DNA from: Squalus acanthias
Lineage: Eukaryota
NCBI GenBank assembly: GCA_030390025.1
Contig: CM059432.1
Location: forward strand, 112,346,001 to 112,410,000
Direction: 5' to 3'
Length of the DNA: 64,000 bases
Positions 12,950-25,639 of this stretch are shown piece by piece. Made by a program: the position numbers and the translations under genes. Under the pieces are notes generated by a model that was given only the letters and a program-made list of their open reading frames with translations, was not told the DNA's origin and did not search any database. Each line of letters begins with the position of its first letter. Within the stretch, counting starts at the first letter, position 1.

Positions 12950-13509
12950 TAAAAGTCACGTAACCCACTTTTTCTTCTGCTCCCCCTCCCTCTTGGGGCG
13001 CTTCCATTGAATATCGCGGCGCTACGTGCAGCAGCGCCACGCATGTCATCACGTAGCGCCATGGTATTGCAGGCCTCCCGCCCCTGATTAAAGGGGAGGA
13101 GCCTAGCGCAGCATGCACCGGGGGCCCTGCTGGACCACCGGGTGCGGGGTGCCGGCAAAAGAGCCCGGCACTCAAGAGGAGTGCCGGGCTGACGGATCAT
13201 GGCTGGCACCCCGCAGGAGGAGGCCAGAGGGGGCAGGTGCTGGCAGGCAGCCCAAAAAAAATGGCCGCCCGGCACCTGCCCTTTAATTATAGTCACCCCG
13301 GCCACAAAAACGCCACCCTGACCCTGTCACACATAGCGTCCAGTGGTAGGTCAGGGAGTGCGAGCGGGGCACTGCGCACGGCTACCGCCGCCGCTAACTT
13401 CCCGCTGAATTTCGCAGGAGGCGTTAGCGGCGCCGCGCCCGGGCACTAGTTGCTTTGCGCCCCGTTAGCGCCCCCTCGGGAGGCGCAAAGCAACTGAATT
13501 TTGTCCCCC
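12950..13509. mobile_element. GC/CpG-rich Harbinger-type MITE or transposon end
   Basis: Ends in AATTTTGTCCCCC (complement GGGGGACAAAATT, like termini at 32814 and 54302); perfect 14-bp subterminal inverted repeat 13448-13461/13482-13495. Confidence 0.6.
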
Positions 13510-13680
13510 ATATCTTTTAAAAATATAATAAATAAAGACAAGCATTTATAACCAGTAGAAATTTCTGCTGTAAAACGCTTCACTCCTGATCCTTAAGTAG
13601 AATGGTTGTTTTAACCTATTAATTAAATAGACTCCTGTCAGTGGCTGCTGACTTACTCCATACTGTTGCCACACATAATA

Positions 13681-15850
13681 ACATGAGACATAAGAAATAG
13701 GAGCAGGAGTAGGCTTTACAACCAGTGTTCCTGCTAAGGCGCGCACATGCGCAGTAATCTGCAGGGTCCTGCGCAGGCCGCTCACCGGCTTCCACATTGT
13801 AGAGAATTCCAAAGATTCACAAACCTCTGAGTGAAGAAATTTCTCCTCATCTCAATGCTAAGTGGCTGACCCCTTACCCCGAAACTATGCCCCCTAGTTC
13901 TAGACTCTCCAGCCAAGGCAAACAGCCTCTCAGCATCTACCCTAATCAAGCCCTCTCAGAGTCTTATATGTTTCTACTCTCTGTTTCCTTTTCTTTAACC
14001 AATCCTCTATTCATGCTAATATATTTTCCCAACCCCATGAGCCCTTACCTTGTGTAACAACCTTTTGTGCGGCACCCTATTGAATGCCTTTTGAAAATCC
14101 AAATATACTATAGCCACTGGTTCCCCTTTATTTACTCTGCTAGTTACATCCTCAAAAAAACTTATTAAAGACGATTTCCCTTTCATAAAATCATGTTGAC
14201 TCTGCCTAATCATTATGATTTTCTAAGTGCCCTTTCTTAATAATGGATTCCAGCATTTTCCCGACGACTGATGTCAGGCTAACTGGCCTGAAGGTCCCTG
14301 TTTTCTCTCTCCCTCCTTTCTTGATTGGCGGGGTTATATTTGCTACCTTCCAACCCACTGGGACTGTTCCAGAATCTAGGGAATTTTGGAAGATCACAAC
14401 CAATGCATCCACTATCTCTGTAGCCACTTCTTTTAGAACCCTAGGACGTAGGCCATCAAGTCCAGTGGATATGTCGGCTTTTAGTCCCATTAATTTCTCC
14501 AGTACTTTTTCTTTACTAATATTAATTACTTTAAGTTCCTCACTCTCACTGACCCTTGATTTCTGCACTATTTCTGGTATTTGTTTGTGTCTTCTACTGT
14601 GAGGACAGATACAAAATATTTGTTTAACGTCTCTGCCATTTCCTTATTCCCCATTATAGTTTCACCTGTGTCAGCCTTTTAGGGACCCACATTTACTTTC
14701 GTTACTCTCCTTTTTACATACTTATAGAAGCTCTTACAATCTGTTTTTATACTACTTGCTAGTTTACTCTCATATTCCATTTTCTCCCTCTTTATCAATA
14801 TTTTGTCATCCTTTGCTAGTTTCTAAAACTCTCCCAATCCTCAGGCTTACCACTCTTCTTGGCAACATTGTAAGCCTCTTCTTTTATTCTAATACTATCC
14901 TTAACCTCTTTAGTTAGCCACAGATGGATCACTTTCCCCGTGGATTTTTATTTCTACCTGGAATGTATGTTCGTTGAGAATTATGAAATATTTCTTCAAG
15001 TGTTCGCCATTGCTTATCTACCGTCACACATTTTAATTAATTTCCCAATCTATCGTAGCCAAATCACCCCTCATACCTATATAATTGGCTTTATTTAGTT
15101 TAAGACTCTAGTTTTGGTACTTAAGTACGTCACTCTCGAACTCAATGTGAAAGTCTATCATTATGATCACTCTTCCCCAGAGGATCCTTTTCTATGAGAT
15201 TACTAATTAACTGTGTCTCATTACACAAGTCAAGATCTAATATAGCCTGTTCTCTGTTTGGTTCCACAACGTATTTTTCTAGGAAACTGTCTCAAATGCA
15301 TTCCATCAACTTGTCCTACAAACTACTTTTGCCAATTTGATTTGTCCAGTCTGTATGAAGATTAAAGTCCCCCATGATTATTGCATTACCTTTGTTACAA
15401 GCTGCTCTTATTTCTTGATTAATACTCTATCCAATAGTATAGCTACTGTTCGGGACCTATAAGCTACTTCCACCAGTGTTTTCTGCCCCTAATATTTCTT
15501 ATCTCCACCCATACTGATCCTAGTTCCTGATCTTCCGAGCCAAGATCCTTCCTCACTACTGTCCTATGTCATCCTTTATTATCAGGGCTACCTGCCCTCC
15601 TCTCCATGTTGTCTGTCTTTTCGAAACGTCAAGTACCCTGGAATATTTAGTTCCTAACCTTGGTCACCATGCACCCATGTCTCTGTAATGGCTATTAGAT
15701 CAAAGCCATTTATCTCTATTTGTGCCATGAATTTTTCTATCTTGTTACGAATGCCTCATGCATTCAGATAAAGCGTCATTAATTTTAACTTATTGCAATT
15801 TTTCCCTGATTTGACCTTATTCACTGATGCACTATTACCGTTAAACTCTC
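13681..15850 (-). mobile_element. CR1 LINE with internal deletions
   Basis: ORFs 14016-14568 show CR1 RT motifs; endonuclease region extends to ~15800; the sequence jumps from KQRV to ETYK at ~13975. Confidence 0.92.
13722..13790 (+). mobile_element. Possible hAT-type terminal stub within the CR1 3' UTR
   Basis: Non-CR1, GC-rich segment beginning CAGTGTTCC, a hAT-like TIR start; no second end visible. Confidence 0.3.
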
Positions 15851-15851
15851 T

Positions 15852-16700
15852 GGGCTGGATTTTGCCAGCGCTCAGAGGGCGAGTTTGGAGGCGGCTCAAA
15901 GGTTAAAATCATTTTGATTGACAGCGGGTTGCGATCCCGCCGTCAACCCGCCTCCAAACAATTTTCCCAAGTGTCGGGTCCCCGATTTGCTCATGGACCC
16001 GACACCTAGAGGCGGGAAGAGGATTAAAAGCAATTGCCTGCCTATTAACAGGTAGTTGCTAGTAGTTGACAGGCTATTTTTGAATTTTGCCGCTTCTGGC
16101 TCGGGTTTCCCGATGTCCGGACACCACGCCAGTTAAGTGTGGCGTGTTGTGAGTCTGCTGTAATGTTTCTGGATTGATGACAGCTGCAGAAGTGGTGTGA
16201 AGGATCCAATGTTGCACTGGTGAGTCTCAAAGGTAAGAAAATGTTGGGAAATGCATTTTTAATACATTTACACATTTCTTTAGGTTACAAGTTTTGAAGT
16301 CCATGTCCAGTGCCACCTCATTGGGAGAACTTCTCTCACCAGTGACAGATTGCTTCTGTCACCTCACCTGCAGCTGCCATCTATTCCAGCCTATGGAGGG
16401 AGTCATTGGAGAGCAGGGTGCAAGAGGTCACCTTTGTGCAGTGATTGTCAGTGTTTGCAGCACCTCAATGCTGTCAAACACTGAGGAATCAACTGTCAAA
16501 AAAAAATTGTACGTGGCCCATTTAAGGAAACTGGCAGATGACGCATCATCAAATGACGTCATCTGACCGGCTTCTTCTTAATTGGCTGGCAAGCCCGCAG
16601 GGCGGGCTTAACAAGGTCAGTCAATGTAAAATCACATCTGTGGGCCGGATGCAGTTGGGGGCGGGACTGGAAGCCGGAAACCACCTGATCCACACCCAAC
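15852..16700. mobile_element. Non-autonomous Harbinger-like element (copy D)
   Basis: Starts GGGCTGGATTTT; GC-rich subterminal region; TTAAAA..ACAGGTAGTTGC resembles the pre-transposase motif at 33818-33853. Confidence 0.5.
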
Positions 16701-16860
16701 CCGCCTCCACTTGAATGGCCTCCTGTACCACGGTGCTGTGGGCAAGTTGCCCATCCTCCCTGCAGTTGTTATTCTCATCCATACAGGTAGCAAGTACCTC
16801 ATATCTGTTGGACAAGGTCAAAGGCTGAGACTCCTCCATCACTGCATCCTCGGTCCCCAG
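16700..16860 (-). mobile_element. CR1 ORF1 fragment
   Basis: EESQPLTLSNRYEVLATCMDE..HSTVVQEAIQV matches EEPRPLPLSNRYEVLAACVDE..HSTMVQEVIQV in ORF 53015-53581. Confidence 0.8.
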
Positions 16861-17684
16861 TAAAATGACATAAGGGGTACATATGTACCATATACATGCA
16901 GTACATTGCGACTTACACATGTGTACCAGGGGCAAAAGAGGGTGGTAAAGAGATAGAAGAAAATTGAGGAGTTGATTTTAACTAGGCCAACTGAAAGTAT
17001 ACTGTCTCTTTAAGGTCATTTGTAGCAATCCTTCTGAAATGTTTTGCACAAAGTATGAATCACATTTCTGGATTTATGCCATAACACTAAATCTTGCCTC
17101 CTGCTGTAGCTTCTGTTGTGCAGCTGCCCACTTTGCCTGTAGTATCACACTGGAAGAATAAATGTCAATAGTTTGAATGTCAGTGTACTTGAAATAGTGT
17201 AAAAAAAAAATCAAAGAAAGCTTCCTGTCCTCATTTCGCCAAATAAACTGTATGCCTTGGTCTTTTAAGGAGTTTCTTTTCTTTACACTGTCCCTCCAGC
17301 AGGACTACAAGCTGTGTACCTATTCCTTTCAGGGCTGAAGCCTGACATGAAGGCTGGGCAAAATTAATTGGTTCCTTTCCATGAAGAGAATTTAGCAGAA
17401 GCAACGAGGGAGGAGGGAATAGTGAACACAAAATACGGTCAAGCGGCACCATATGTCAAATAATGTGAGACTGCAGGCTGCCTAAAAACTGCTGTCGTAC
17501 TATATTTTGTTGAAAGCACATATTAGTGCAACATTTTCTGGATAATTCCAAGGAACATCAACACAAAATTAACTCAAAGCACAATTACAATAACAAGAGC
17601 AAGTCGGTGAAATGAACAGATAAATAAGTAATTTTGATGTGTACAGCCATTCTCTGTATTATCCGCCTTTAAAAATAGTCCATC

Positions 17685-17808
17685 ACCACAAGGACTGCAG
17701 CAGTTCAAGGATAATGCCCATCACCACCACCTGAGGGCAGTTGGGGATGGGCAGTAAATGTGGCCTTGCCAATATTGCCCACATGCCTGGAACAAAATAA
17801 AAATAAAA
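17685..17808 (+). mobile_element. 3' tail of Zenon-like LINE (or its partner SINE)
   Basis: GGACTGCAGCAGTTCAAG..GGGATGGGCAGTAAATGTGGCCTTGCC..CCCACAT + A-rich tail; homologous to 58250-58369. Confidence 0.75.
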
Positions 17809-17904
17809 CGGTCTTAGAAAATATTGTCCAATTTGAGTATTTTAATACCTGGGATCTAAAATATGAACCAGTGAACAAAATTAGTATATTTATGCCAATC
17901 ATTG

Positions 17905-18108
17905 TGAATCATAGAATCATACAGCACAGTAGGAGGCCATTCGGCCCATCTTGCCTGTTTCAGCTCTTTGAAAAAGCTACTAATTAGTCCCACTCTCCTG
18001 CTCTTTCCCCATACCCCTGCAAATTTTTCCATTTTAAGTATATATCCTATTCCCTTTTGAAAGTTACTATTGAATCTGCTTCTACCACACTTTCAGGCAG
18101 CGCATTAC
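17905..18108 (-). mobile_element. CR1 3' UTR fragment
   Basis: Complement of the GAATGGCCTCC..TATGATTCTATGATTC tail. Confidence 0.85.
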
Positions 18109-19987
18109 AGGTTAAAATCTATGTCATAAGGTGTTTGATGAATAAAATGAAAGAATCAAAGTTTTGTATGAAATTATAATACTGACACTTTATACAAGTG
18201 CAAAAGAAACAGTTAATGGCCAAATCCCAAAACAAATCTGTTCTAAATCAGTTTTCATTCTGCTGAATTTTGCAGTGATCTGCTGACAGAACCACAACTA
18301 TTGCTGTGCTGTACTTTAAAAAAAAAGTTATGAGGTTGTAAGAAAAATTACTAGATTGAAAGAGCCATAAACAACGAGTGTTAGGCAGTGTAATTGTACA
18401 AAATAAGATTTTCAACTTCCTTTTTACAATTTGATTCCCTTCAATAAAACTCATTACTACAATTCCGTTAGTCTTGATGACCCCGACAGTATTGTTAGAA
18501 TTATTAAAGTACAGGTCTTACGCCATGTTGCTTTGAAGGTGCTCTCATTGTTGTTCGTGACAACACAACATTTTTGGTCCTTTGAATCTTGAGAGAAGGA
18601 TGAAGAAGTAGAAATTGCTTTATCGTGTTAATTGGAGGTCAATCCTACCACTTTAGGTAACTACTGTTTTTATTTAATTTTTTACGTGTATTTTCTGGAC
18701 AAGCAAACACAGAAAAAGTTGAAGTCAAAGAGAAGGAAAAAGGTTGGAAAATTTGAGGAAAATGACAAATTTCATTAATCCAGTTTTAATGAAGTGGGCT
18801 TCATTTACTCTTTAGTAAACAAGCCTAGTGATTCATTCTAGTTTATAAAAAACAAACACCTGTAACTTTAAAGAATATTTGACATCTGTGATCCCAGTCA
18901 CATCTGGTATTGGGGAACTTAGAAGTGCAGCACAGTATCTCCTTTTGGTTGTGTTTGGGTGGGGGGACTCACTGATACATTTTATTATACCATGTACCTC
19001 AATTGCAAATGCAGTTTTTCATAACATCTGCTAATCTTGTCCCAAAATTCCAACTTTTTTTCAAAAATAATTATACTTCATCCACTGTTTTTATATTATA
19101 GAGAACCAAAAAATAATTTGTTTCTGGTGTAAAGAGCTTAAAATTTCAACATTATTTATTGCAGACAGTAGGATTTGTTTATATAAAACTGTCCAGAAAA
19201 TAAATCATATTAATGATGCAAAACATATAGTTTAACTGCTGGATTTAGGAAAAGATGCCTGCGACTGTGAACTATTAAAAGAGCACATACCATGGAGATC
19301 ACTAGATTTGAATCTCAACAAAAGATCCCTCTTGAATTTAAAAAAAAATCTATTTTCATTCACTTCCATCATGAAAAATCATGGTTTATATTATTTCTGT
19401 AAGATTAAATTCCACTTGAAGCTAAAATTGATAGATTTTAACTTTAGTCCCTGAATTAATTTAAATTTCCCTCAACCTCTTTCCAAGTCTTTGTCAATTA
19501 CTGTTTGAGCCACTAGTTGAGGCGTGCGACAATGGCTTGAGTTGGCCAGCCCACTGATTTCCGCTTCCTTTCTAGGAAGTGGCATCCAGCCTCAGTTCTG
19601 CACCAATCAGTTTCTTTGCTAGTGTTTCTGTGCCACAATAACATGTTATTCTTATCACTGTGTGAATAGGAACTACGTGGCTGCAGATCAGTTTCAAACT
19701 CAGTGAAATAACTTGCTTAGTTATTCTTTTGCTAAAGCTTGATCAGGGTAGAAGCATTAAATACTTATTTACTGCCCATAAAATGCTCAAATAAATAACT
19801 AATCATTTCATGACTTCAAAAAGAAAGAAGTGATTTCATGGCTGTAATCTGATCTTGGTGGTTCTATTGACGGTTATCAACCTCTCGAACTTCACTTTCA
19901 TGGTTTATGATATTACCTGAATCTTTCAGTTGGATTACTGCCTGTGTCACTTGAGGTTATTCATTATTCTCTTATCGATTCTCTATG

Positions 19988-20562
19988 GGGTTATCTGTTA
20001 TCTATAATTTACAGACACGGTTATCTGTTATCACCTATAATTTATAAATGGGATTATCTGTTATCTATAATTTACAGATAGAGTTATTTATTATCTATAA
20101 ATTGTAAATGGGAATTCCAGATAATAGATAACCTTACCTATAATGTACAGGTAGGATTAACTATTATCTGAAATTACAGAAGAATTATCTGTTTACAATT
20201 TGCTGGCTGGGATATCTTTACAATTTACAAAAGGTGTTATCTGTTCTGTAGTTTACAAGCAGAGATGTCTATCATTCTCAATAAATTACAGAAAGAGCTA
20301 TCTATTATCTATAATTTACAGGCTGACTTATCTATTATCTATAATTTACAGATGACATTATCTGCTCTATAATTTACAGACAGGGTTACCTGTTGTCTAT
20401 AATTTACTAGTGGGGTGATTATTTTCTAATTTACAGGTGATGGTATCTGTTTTCCGTAATATAAAGACGGTTACCTGTTGTCTATAATTTGCTGGAGGAG
20501 TTTGCTGTTATTTATAACGTACAGGCAGAGTTATCTGTTGTTCTCTATGATTTGCAGACAGC
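19988..20562. repeat. Degenerate ~30-bp minisatellite, about 19 units
   Basis: Core TTATCTGTTATCTATAATTTACAG plus ~6 variable bases per unit; one inverted piece AGATAATAGATAACC at 20119-20133. Confidence 0.9.
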
Positions 20563-21394
20563 CTTAACTTTTCCAATGAATTATTTTCCAATGAATTATA
20601 AATTAGATTTTTCCCTAATTTATTTGCTCATTAATAGGTAAACAAGTTGTGAATATTTCATTTTCTGTTATCCCAGCACACTCCTGTTGTGCACTGTAAG
20701 TTTCATCCTGCATTACTGATTTAGTAATTAAAAAAATGTTCAGGAGGCAATTTGATGTTTTAGGGATTAGCAATGAATCTTTAAAGTCAGCATTTTATAT
20801 ATTTTCCTGTTGCCTTGATCAAGCCTTGTTTCTGAAATCATTTAGAAAATGGCACAAGAAAGACTTTACATGGCAGTACAGTGTTGTGAAAATCTGCTAC
20901 AGTGGATTATTTCTGCTATTCCTATTGGCTGGAAGACTGTGTTCTTCGACATTGACTAGTGGGACGTCTTAGAGACTTATAATATTGTTGATCTCTGTGT
21001 AAGGATGGTTGACTCCTCTGTGCTACAGTGAATAGTTAGGTTGTTAACAATTCTTGTACTTCCCATGTTGTTCTCGATAATTGATCTGATGAGCTTCAGT
21101 TTTTCATTGGTGCCAAAAAATAGAAAAAAGGCCTTGGTAGTAATTATTTCATTTCCAAAACAAAATTGCATCCAGTTTGGGGTTCTTGAAAAAAATGGAA
21201 ACAGCTCTTCACTTATTCTGGGATTGAGAAGTAGTCACAGATTTTAGCATAATCTATCCTAAACGTTAAATACACAGGGTAATGGAATATTTGTTCTCTG
21301 TAAACTTGCTGTTTTGCTTCATTTTGTTCAGGGCCCCAGATTAAGGCTTTTGTAATCATTATGTGATTCTCTGGGAAAAGAACCACCTCCTGAC

Positions 21395-21505
21395 ATCTAA
21401 CCTAGATTTAGCTGGTCCTCCTTAACCTTTTCAATTGAAACAAACTGTCAACTGGAACACAATCTATTCCCTTCATCATCTTATAAACCTCAATCAGATC
21501 ACCTT
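21395..21505 (-). mobile_element. CR1 fragment
   Basis: KGDLIEVYKMMKGIDCV in ORF 21408-21686. Confidence 0.75.
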
Positions 21506-21973
21506 TAATCAGCTTCTCTAAAAATTCTATGGTAGAATTGAGCTGAACACCTGCATGTAATAGATTAAAGAATGAAAATGCTTTGGTGAGTAATCTAAAA
21601 GAACAATGAACAAATAGCCCACTTAAAAGAAGAAATTCCAACTTTTTGGTGCCACGCAATAGCCATGTTGAGTCTTCCAGTTGCAAAAGACCTGCTTGGA
21701 TGTGACGTATATGGTGGATCTGTCTTCATTGACTCTCTTGATATTCAGTGGAGATTGGCTTCCTTACTGGGCCAGTGTCATTCGAACATTGAATACCAAG
21801 CAGGCTGAAAAAAAATGTTTCTAGAATTATAAAATGTAGTAATTGAAGGTCAAAGATTTTTGCAAAAATTACAGATTTAATAAAGAGAAAAATATGAGTG
21901 TTTTTGTGCGTCATTGTGTGTGGATCTGTGTGATAAGTTATTAGAAATAGTGTGGGTTATTGGTAAAGATATT

Positions 21974-22130
21974 ATAAAGCTATTTAGGATTAATATTACA
22001 ATATTAATCACTTAAATATGTTAAATTTAGTAGTTACAATAAGATAAATAGTAGATACACATCAACTGATTCTGTACCGATATGGAAATATTTTTCTCAT
22101 CATTTAAAAAGGATGATAGTGCTGTGGAAT
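21974..22130 (+). repeat. Left copy of 157-bp target-site duplication
   Basis: Identical to 23961-24117 except for two substitutions. Confidence 0.95.
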
Positions 22131-22136
22131 AGTGCT

Positions 22137-23960
22137 GTGTCCTCAACTTCATCCCGCAGCATGCTACCCGCCACCATCTCAGCACAACCCCAGCCCGGCA
22201 TGAGGTTGAAAAGGCCATCCGACAACTGAAGAACAACAAGGCCTCAGGAGCAGATGGAATCCCTGCCGAGGCACTAAAGCATGGCGGAGAAGCACTACTG
22301 GCGCAAATTCATGAACTCATTTCTCTTATCTGGAAGGAGGAGAGCATGCCAGGGGATCTCAGAGACGCCGTAATTGTGACCATCTTCAAGAAAGGTGACA
22401 AGTCCGATTGTGGTAATTACAGAGGGGTTTCCCTGCTGTCTGCTACAGGGAACGTCATCGCAAGAATCCTCCTCAATCGCCTCCTCCCAGAGTCGCAATG
22501 CGGATTCCGCCCACTAAGGGGCACAATGGACATGACTTCACCGCGCGTCAATTACAAGAGAAATGCAGGGAACAGCACCAACCGCTGTACATGGCTTTCT
22601 TTGATCTCACAAAGGCCTTCGACACTGTCAACCGTGATGGATTATGGAGTGTCCTCCTCAAATTCGGCTGCCCTCAAAAGTTTGTCACCATCCTCCGCCT
22701 GCTTCATGACGACATGCAAGCCGTGATCCTGACCAACGGTTCCACCACAGACCCAATTCACGTACGGACAGGGGTCAAACAAGGCTGTGTCATCGCACCA
22801 ACGCTCTTCTCGATCTTCTTTGCTGCAATGCTCCATCTCACCCTCAATAAGCTCCCCGCTGGAGTGGAGCTAATTTACAGAACAAACGGGAAACTGTTCA
22901 ACCTCCGTCGCCTCCAGTCCAGATCCAAGGTCGTCCCATCCTCTGTCGTCGAATTACAGTATGCAGACGATGCTTGCGTCTGCGCTCACTTGGAGGTCGA
23001 ACTCCAAACCACCGTCAACACCTTCACCGAAGCGTACGAGAGCATGGGCCTTACACTAAACATCCGTAAGACAAAGGTCTTCTACCAACCTGCCCCCGCC
23101 ACACAGTACTGCCCCCCGATTATCAAAATCCACGACAAGACCTTGGACAACGTGGACCACTTTCCATACCTCGGGAGCCTACTGTCAACAAGGCAGACGT
23201 CGATGACGAAGCCCAACACCGTCTTCAGTGTGCCAGTGCAGCCTTCGGTCGCCTGAGGAAGAGAGTGTTTGAAGACCAGGACCTCAAACCCGGCACTAAG
23301 CTCATGGCCTACAGAGCAGCAGTGATACCCACCCTGCTGTATGCCTCAGAGACATGGACCATGTACAGCAGGCACCTCAAAGCACTGGAGAGGTACCACC
23401 AACACTGCCTCCACAAGATCCTGCAAATCAATTGGCAGGATAGGCGCAATAACGTCAGTGTTCTCGCTCAGGCCAACATCCCACCATCGAAGCTTTGACC
23501 ACGCTCGATCAGCTCCGATGGACGGGTCACATCGTCCGCATGCCCGATACGAGACTCCCAAAACAAGCGCTCTACTCGGAGCTCCAACACGGCAAGAGAG
23601 CCCCAGGTGGGCAGAGGAAACGCTTCAAGGACACCCTCAAAGCCTCCTTGAAAAAGTGCAACAACCCCACCGACATCTGGGAATCCCTGGCCCAAGACCG
23701 CACAAAGTGGAGAAGTAGCATCCGGGAAGGCGCCGAACACCTCGAGTCTCTTCGCCGGGAGCAAGCGGAAGCCAAGCGCAAACAGCGGAAGGAGCGCACG
23801 TCAACCCAAGCACCCCACCCACCCGCCCCTTCAACCACTGTCTGCCCCACCTGTGACAGACTGTAGGTCCCGCATTGGACTCATCAGTCACCTGCGAATT
23901 CATTTTAAATGTGGAAGCAAGTCATCCTCGGTTCTGAGGGACTGCCTAAGAGAGAGAGAG
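22137..23960 (+). mobile_element. RTE (BovB-class) LINE, 5'-truncated
   Basis: GNYRGVSLL, FFDLTKAFDTV, GVKQGCVIAP, QYADD, YASETWT, C-terminal CPTC; ends GGGACTGCCTAAG(AG)n. Confidence 0.96.
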
Positions 23961-24117
23961 ATAAAGCTATTTAGGATTAATATTACAATATTAATCACTT
24001 AAATATGTTTAGTTTAGTAGTTACAATAAGATAAATAGTAGATACACATCAACTGATTCTGTACCGATATGGAAATATTTTTCTCATCATTTAAAAAGGA
24101 TGATAGTGCTGTGGAAT
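23961..24117 (+). repeat. Right copy of 157-bp target-site duplication
   Basis: Begins immediately after the (AG)n tail of the RTE. Confidence 0.95.
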
Positions 24118-25639
24118 TAAATGCTTTCCTTTGCAACAATGTCAAGCATTCAAAGGTCAGGTAGATCAAGAGTTAAAAACAGAATAATGTTCCCAACACT
24201 TTGCCTTCTAAAAAATGTACTGTCTTCAATTAAAAGTGTTTAGCAAACCTTTTTATTTGGACTGGGGGGAAAAAGTGATTTTCATGTAATCACATCACAT
24301 GGAAATGATGCAATGATGCATTTTGTTGCCATTCACATTGTTCTGAAATGTGATTGTGAACAAATTAGAAAAAACGGTTTGCCAAACACTTTTTTATGAA
24401 GACAGTGTCCCTTTGACCCATGTCTCACAAGAGTGCTCTGTAATATACCAATGTGACATTTTTATTTAACGTCACCTGGTCCTTTTGGCAAGTACTTTGA
24501 ATGTAATTTGGTGCTGAATTATGGTCAGTTACGATGTCCACTAAGAACAGCATGGAAGATGCCCAATGTTGTTTCATTTACAACACTTATAATCCATTAG
24601 TTAGAGAGGACCTTTATCCCAACTGTAATTATACAGTGTTATTGCAACCTGTAACTGCAATATATGCAAAAATTGTTTGCCAGCTAAGTATAATCCTCAT
24701 TGCTTGATCATTTAATCCTGAAAGCTCAATGAAGAGCGACATATAGTTAAAATGGAAACTAATCTGATCAACACTCTGAGGGTTAAAATCCATTACAATT
24801 TAAAATATCCATACCTTTATATGCTTAGTAGTATTTTAGCCAAAGATTCTGTACTGTTTTCTGTCTAAAGGTTTCAAATGGGTTTCAGCCGGGAACAGAC
24901 ATTTCATGAAAAATGAGCTGGGCAGCAGGTCAGCAGTAGGTTTTCTTTTACATCCATGAAAAATAGCAAGAGTGGGCATGGTTGAAAAGCCTGCAAAACG
25001 CAGAGCCATTAGGCTTTCTAGTAAGCACTGGATGATTTAGCATTATATTCAGGGTACCTGATTAATTTTTCTTTTAGGTTACTTGCCAATATAGCAGATA
25101 GCAAATCAAAATCGTCTGTCTCTGAATAAATGTATGTGCCTAGATAAGGTAGGCAGGGTTGGCTAAAGAAAGCGAATTGGAAACTGTTTTTTGTTGAAGA
25201 ACTTTAGTAAACAGGATTCCTAATTATTCGGAATATCTGTTAAACCGGTGGGACAGTTGACATCTAGTAATATGACACTATGGTTACGCAAACTTAAAAC
25301 AGAGGTGCTTCCTATTGGCTTCCTGAGAAGGTGTTATAGGTGCTTCAGTGGAGGCCATTTCACCTTGTGTGCTTGGTGTCTTGTAATTACAAGCTTGTTA
25401 ACCATATCCCTGGATTATAGATTATACAATACAGTAGTTTGTTAGTCAGAATTTCAGGACATTTTTCCTGAAGTATATTGAGGAAGTTTATGTTGATGTC
25501 AAAGTGAGCACCAAGTTTTTTTTTAAAAAGAGGGCTAAACTATTCAACTCAAAAGGGTCATTGTGTTAAACAATTAAGTCATAAGTTCCACTTGTTCCAT
25601 TTATTGCCTCTGGTTCCAACTTTACCTTAATTTCCCATT

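Noticed and set aside
19988..20562. CRISPR-like repeat/spacer array
   Set aside because: Linkers are only ~6 bp, repeats are degenerate, there are no cas genes, and the context is vertebrate; it is a minisatellite.
21665..21815. Short + strand ORF, or a minus-strand micro-exon after TTTTTTTCAG
   Set aside because: No recognisable homology; cannot be supported without transcript data.
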